DNA of 64,000 nt from an uncultured Rivularia sp. (GTDB taxonomy: Bacteria; Cyanobacteriota; Cyanobacteriia; Cyanobacteriales; Nostocaceae), in assembly GCA_963665115.1 (NCBI GenBank), contig OY762007.1:5632001-5696000 (forward strand), given 5' to 3'. The translations under genes and the position numbers were made by a program. Positions 63,454 to 64,000 of this stretch are shown here, piece after piece. Under the pieces are notes generated by a model. The model was not told where the DNA came from. It did no database searches and saw only the letters and a list, made by a program, of their open reading frames with translations. The first letter of the stretch is position 1. Every line of letters begins with the position of its first letter.

Positions 63454-64000
63454 ATGCTCACAGACACGATTCTCCGTAATCGCTACAAAATTCTTAAAGA
63501 ACTGGGACGCGGTGGATTTAGTGTCACCTATCTTGCGGTAGATATGGATTTGCCTGGAAATCCAAAATGTGTAGTCAAACAACTTAAAACTCGGCATTCT
63601 AATAACACAATTTTGCAGATTGCCAAAAAGTTGTTCGATCGAGAAGCACAAGTACTCTATCGTTTGGGTAAGGGACACAAACAAATTCCCGAAATGTTCG
63701 CGCATTTTGAGGAAAATGATGAATTCTATTTGGTTCAAGAATTTGTCGATGGACACGATTTAACCAAGGAAATCAAAACGCGCCATAGATTGAGTGAAGA
63801 AAAGGTAATTAAGCTTTTACAAGAAATATTAGAAGTATTAAGTTTTGTCCACGAAAATAATGTGATTCACCGCGATATTAAGTTGCGGAATATTATGCGC
63901 CGTCGTGATGACGGAAAAATCGTGTTGATTGATTTTGGTGCGGTGAAAGAAATCAAAGGTTTGGCGAAAAACCAACAAGGCGATGTCAATTCGACTTTGA
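63454..64000 (+). CDS. Hanks-type Ser/Thr protein kinase, 5' part (runs off window edge)
   Basis: Not in ORF track. Manual translation gives MLTDTILRNRYKILKELGRGGFSVTYLA...CVVKQLK...HRDIK..NIM...LIDFGAVKE. Confidence 0.95.
   Translation, partial: MLTDTILRNRYKILKELGRGGFSVTYLAVDMDLPGNPKCVVKQLKTRHSNNTILQIAKKLFDREAQVLYRLGKGHKQIPEMFAHFEENDEFYLVQEFVDGHDLTKEIKTRHRLSEEKVIKLLQEILEVLSFVHENNVIHRDIKLRNIMRRRDDGKIVLIDFGAVKEIKGLAKNQQGDVNSTL

Noticed and set aside
1278..63756. Numerous antisense or overlapping ORFs in the track (e.g. 7016-7291, 19966-20502, 22361-22756, 33921-34418, 63382-63756)
   Set aside because: Shadows of well-supported genes on another strand or frame; 63382-63756 is antisense to the Ser/Thr kinase.
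1..64000. CRISPR array, tRNA, rRNA, riboswitch, transposase, integrase, prophage genes
   Set aside because: No repeat-spacer periodicity, tRNA arm motifs or such ORFs were recognised by eye; covariance-model searches were not possible, so small ncRNAs could be missed.

Overview
A 64-kb chromosomal segment from a cyanobacterium, most likely filamentous and heterocyst-forming (Nostocales). The support is more than 20 HIP1 octamers (GCGATCGC), abundant heptamer STRR tracts, a pspA-vipp1-trx block and an nrrA gene with a canonical NtcA promoter. Most of it is housekeeping: hemA, glpX, grxC, tadA, bolA-grxD, nrrA, rsmG, argC, uvrC, vipp1/pspA, menB, menD, folB, a sugar ABC operon, rbsK and codA. 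Small accessory inserts lie between these genes. Nine otherwise intact genes each carry a single +1 base in a short homopolymer, which points to sequencing error rather than real pseudogenes. I saw no CRISPR array, rRNA, tRNA, transposase or prophage, and I cannot claim a large novel multi-gene system. The best leads are: (1) a pair of near-identical inverted repeats exactly bracketing the sugar-ABC ATPase gene; (2) an ethylene-receptor-type hybrid kinase coupled to a catalytically dead REC-GGDEF protein; (3) a patatin with an extra domain inserted before its DGG motif; (4) a multi-TM NACHT-GUN4 protein inserted between menB and menD; (5) an iota-class carbonic anhydrase-like lipoprotein; (6) a PEP-CTERM-anchored chlorophyllase/cutinase-like hydrolase; (7) a fossil hicAB module; (8) several MITE/REP/SDR elements and a heptamer array with higher-order periodicity. 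All family assignments are by motif recognition, not database search.
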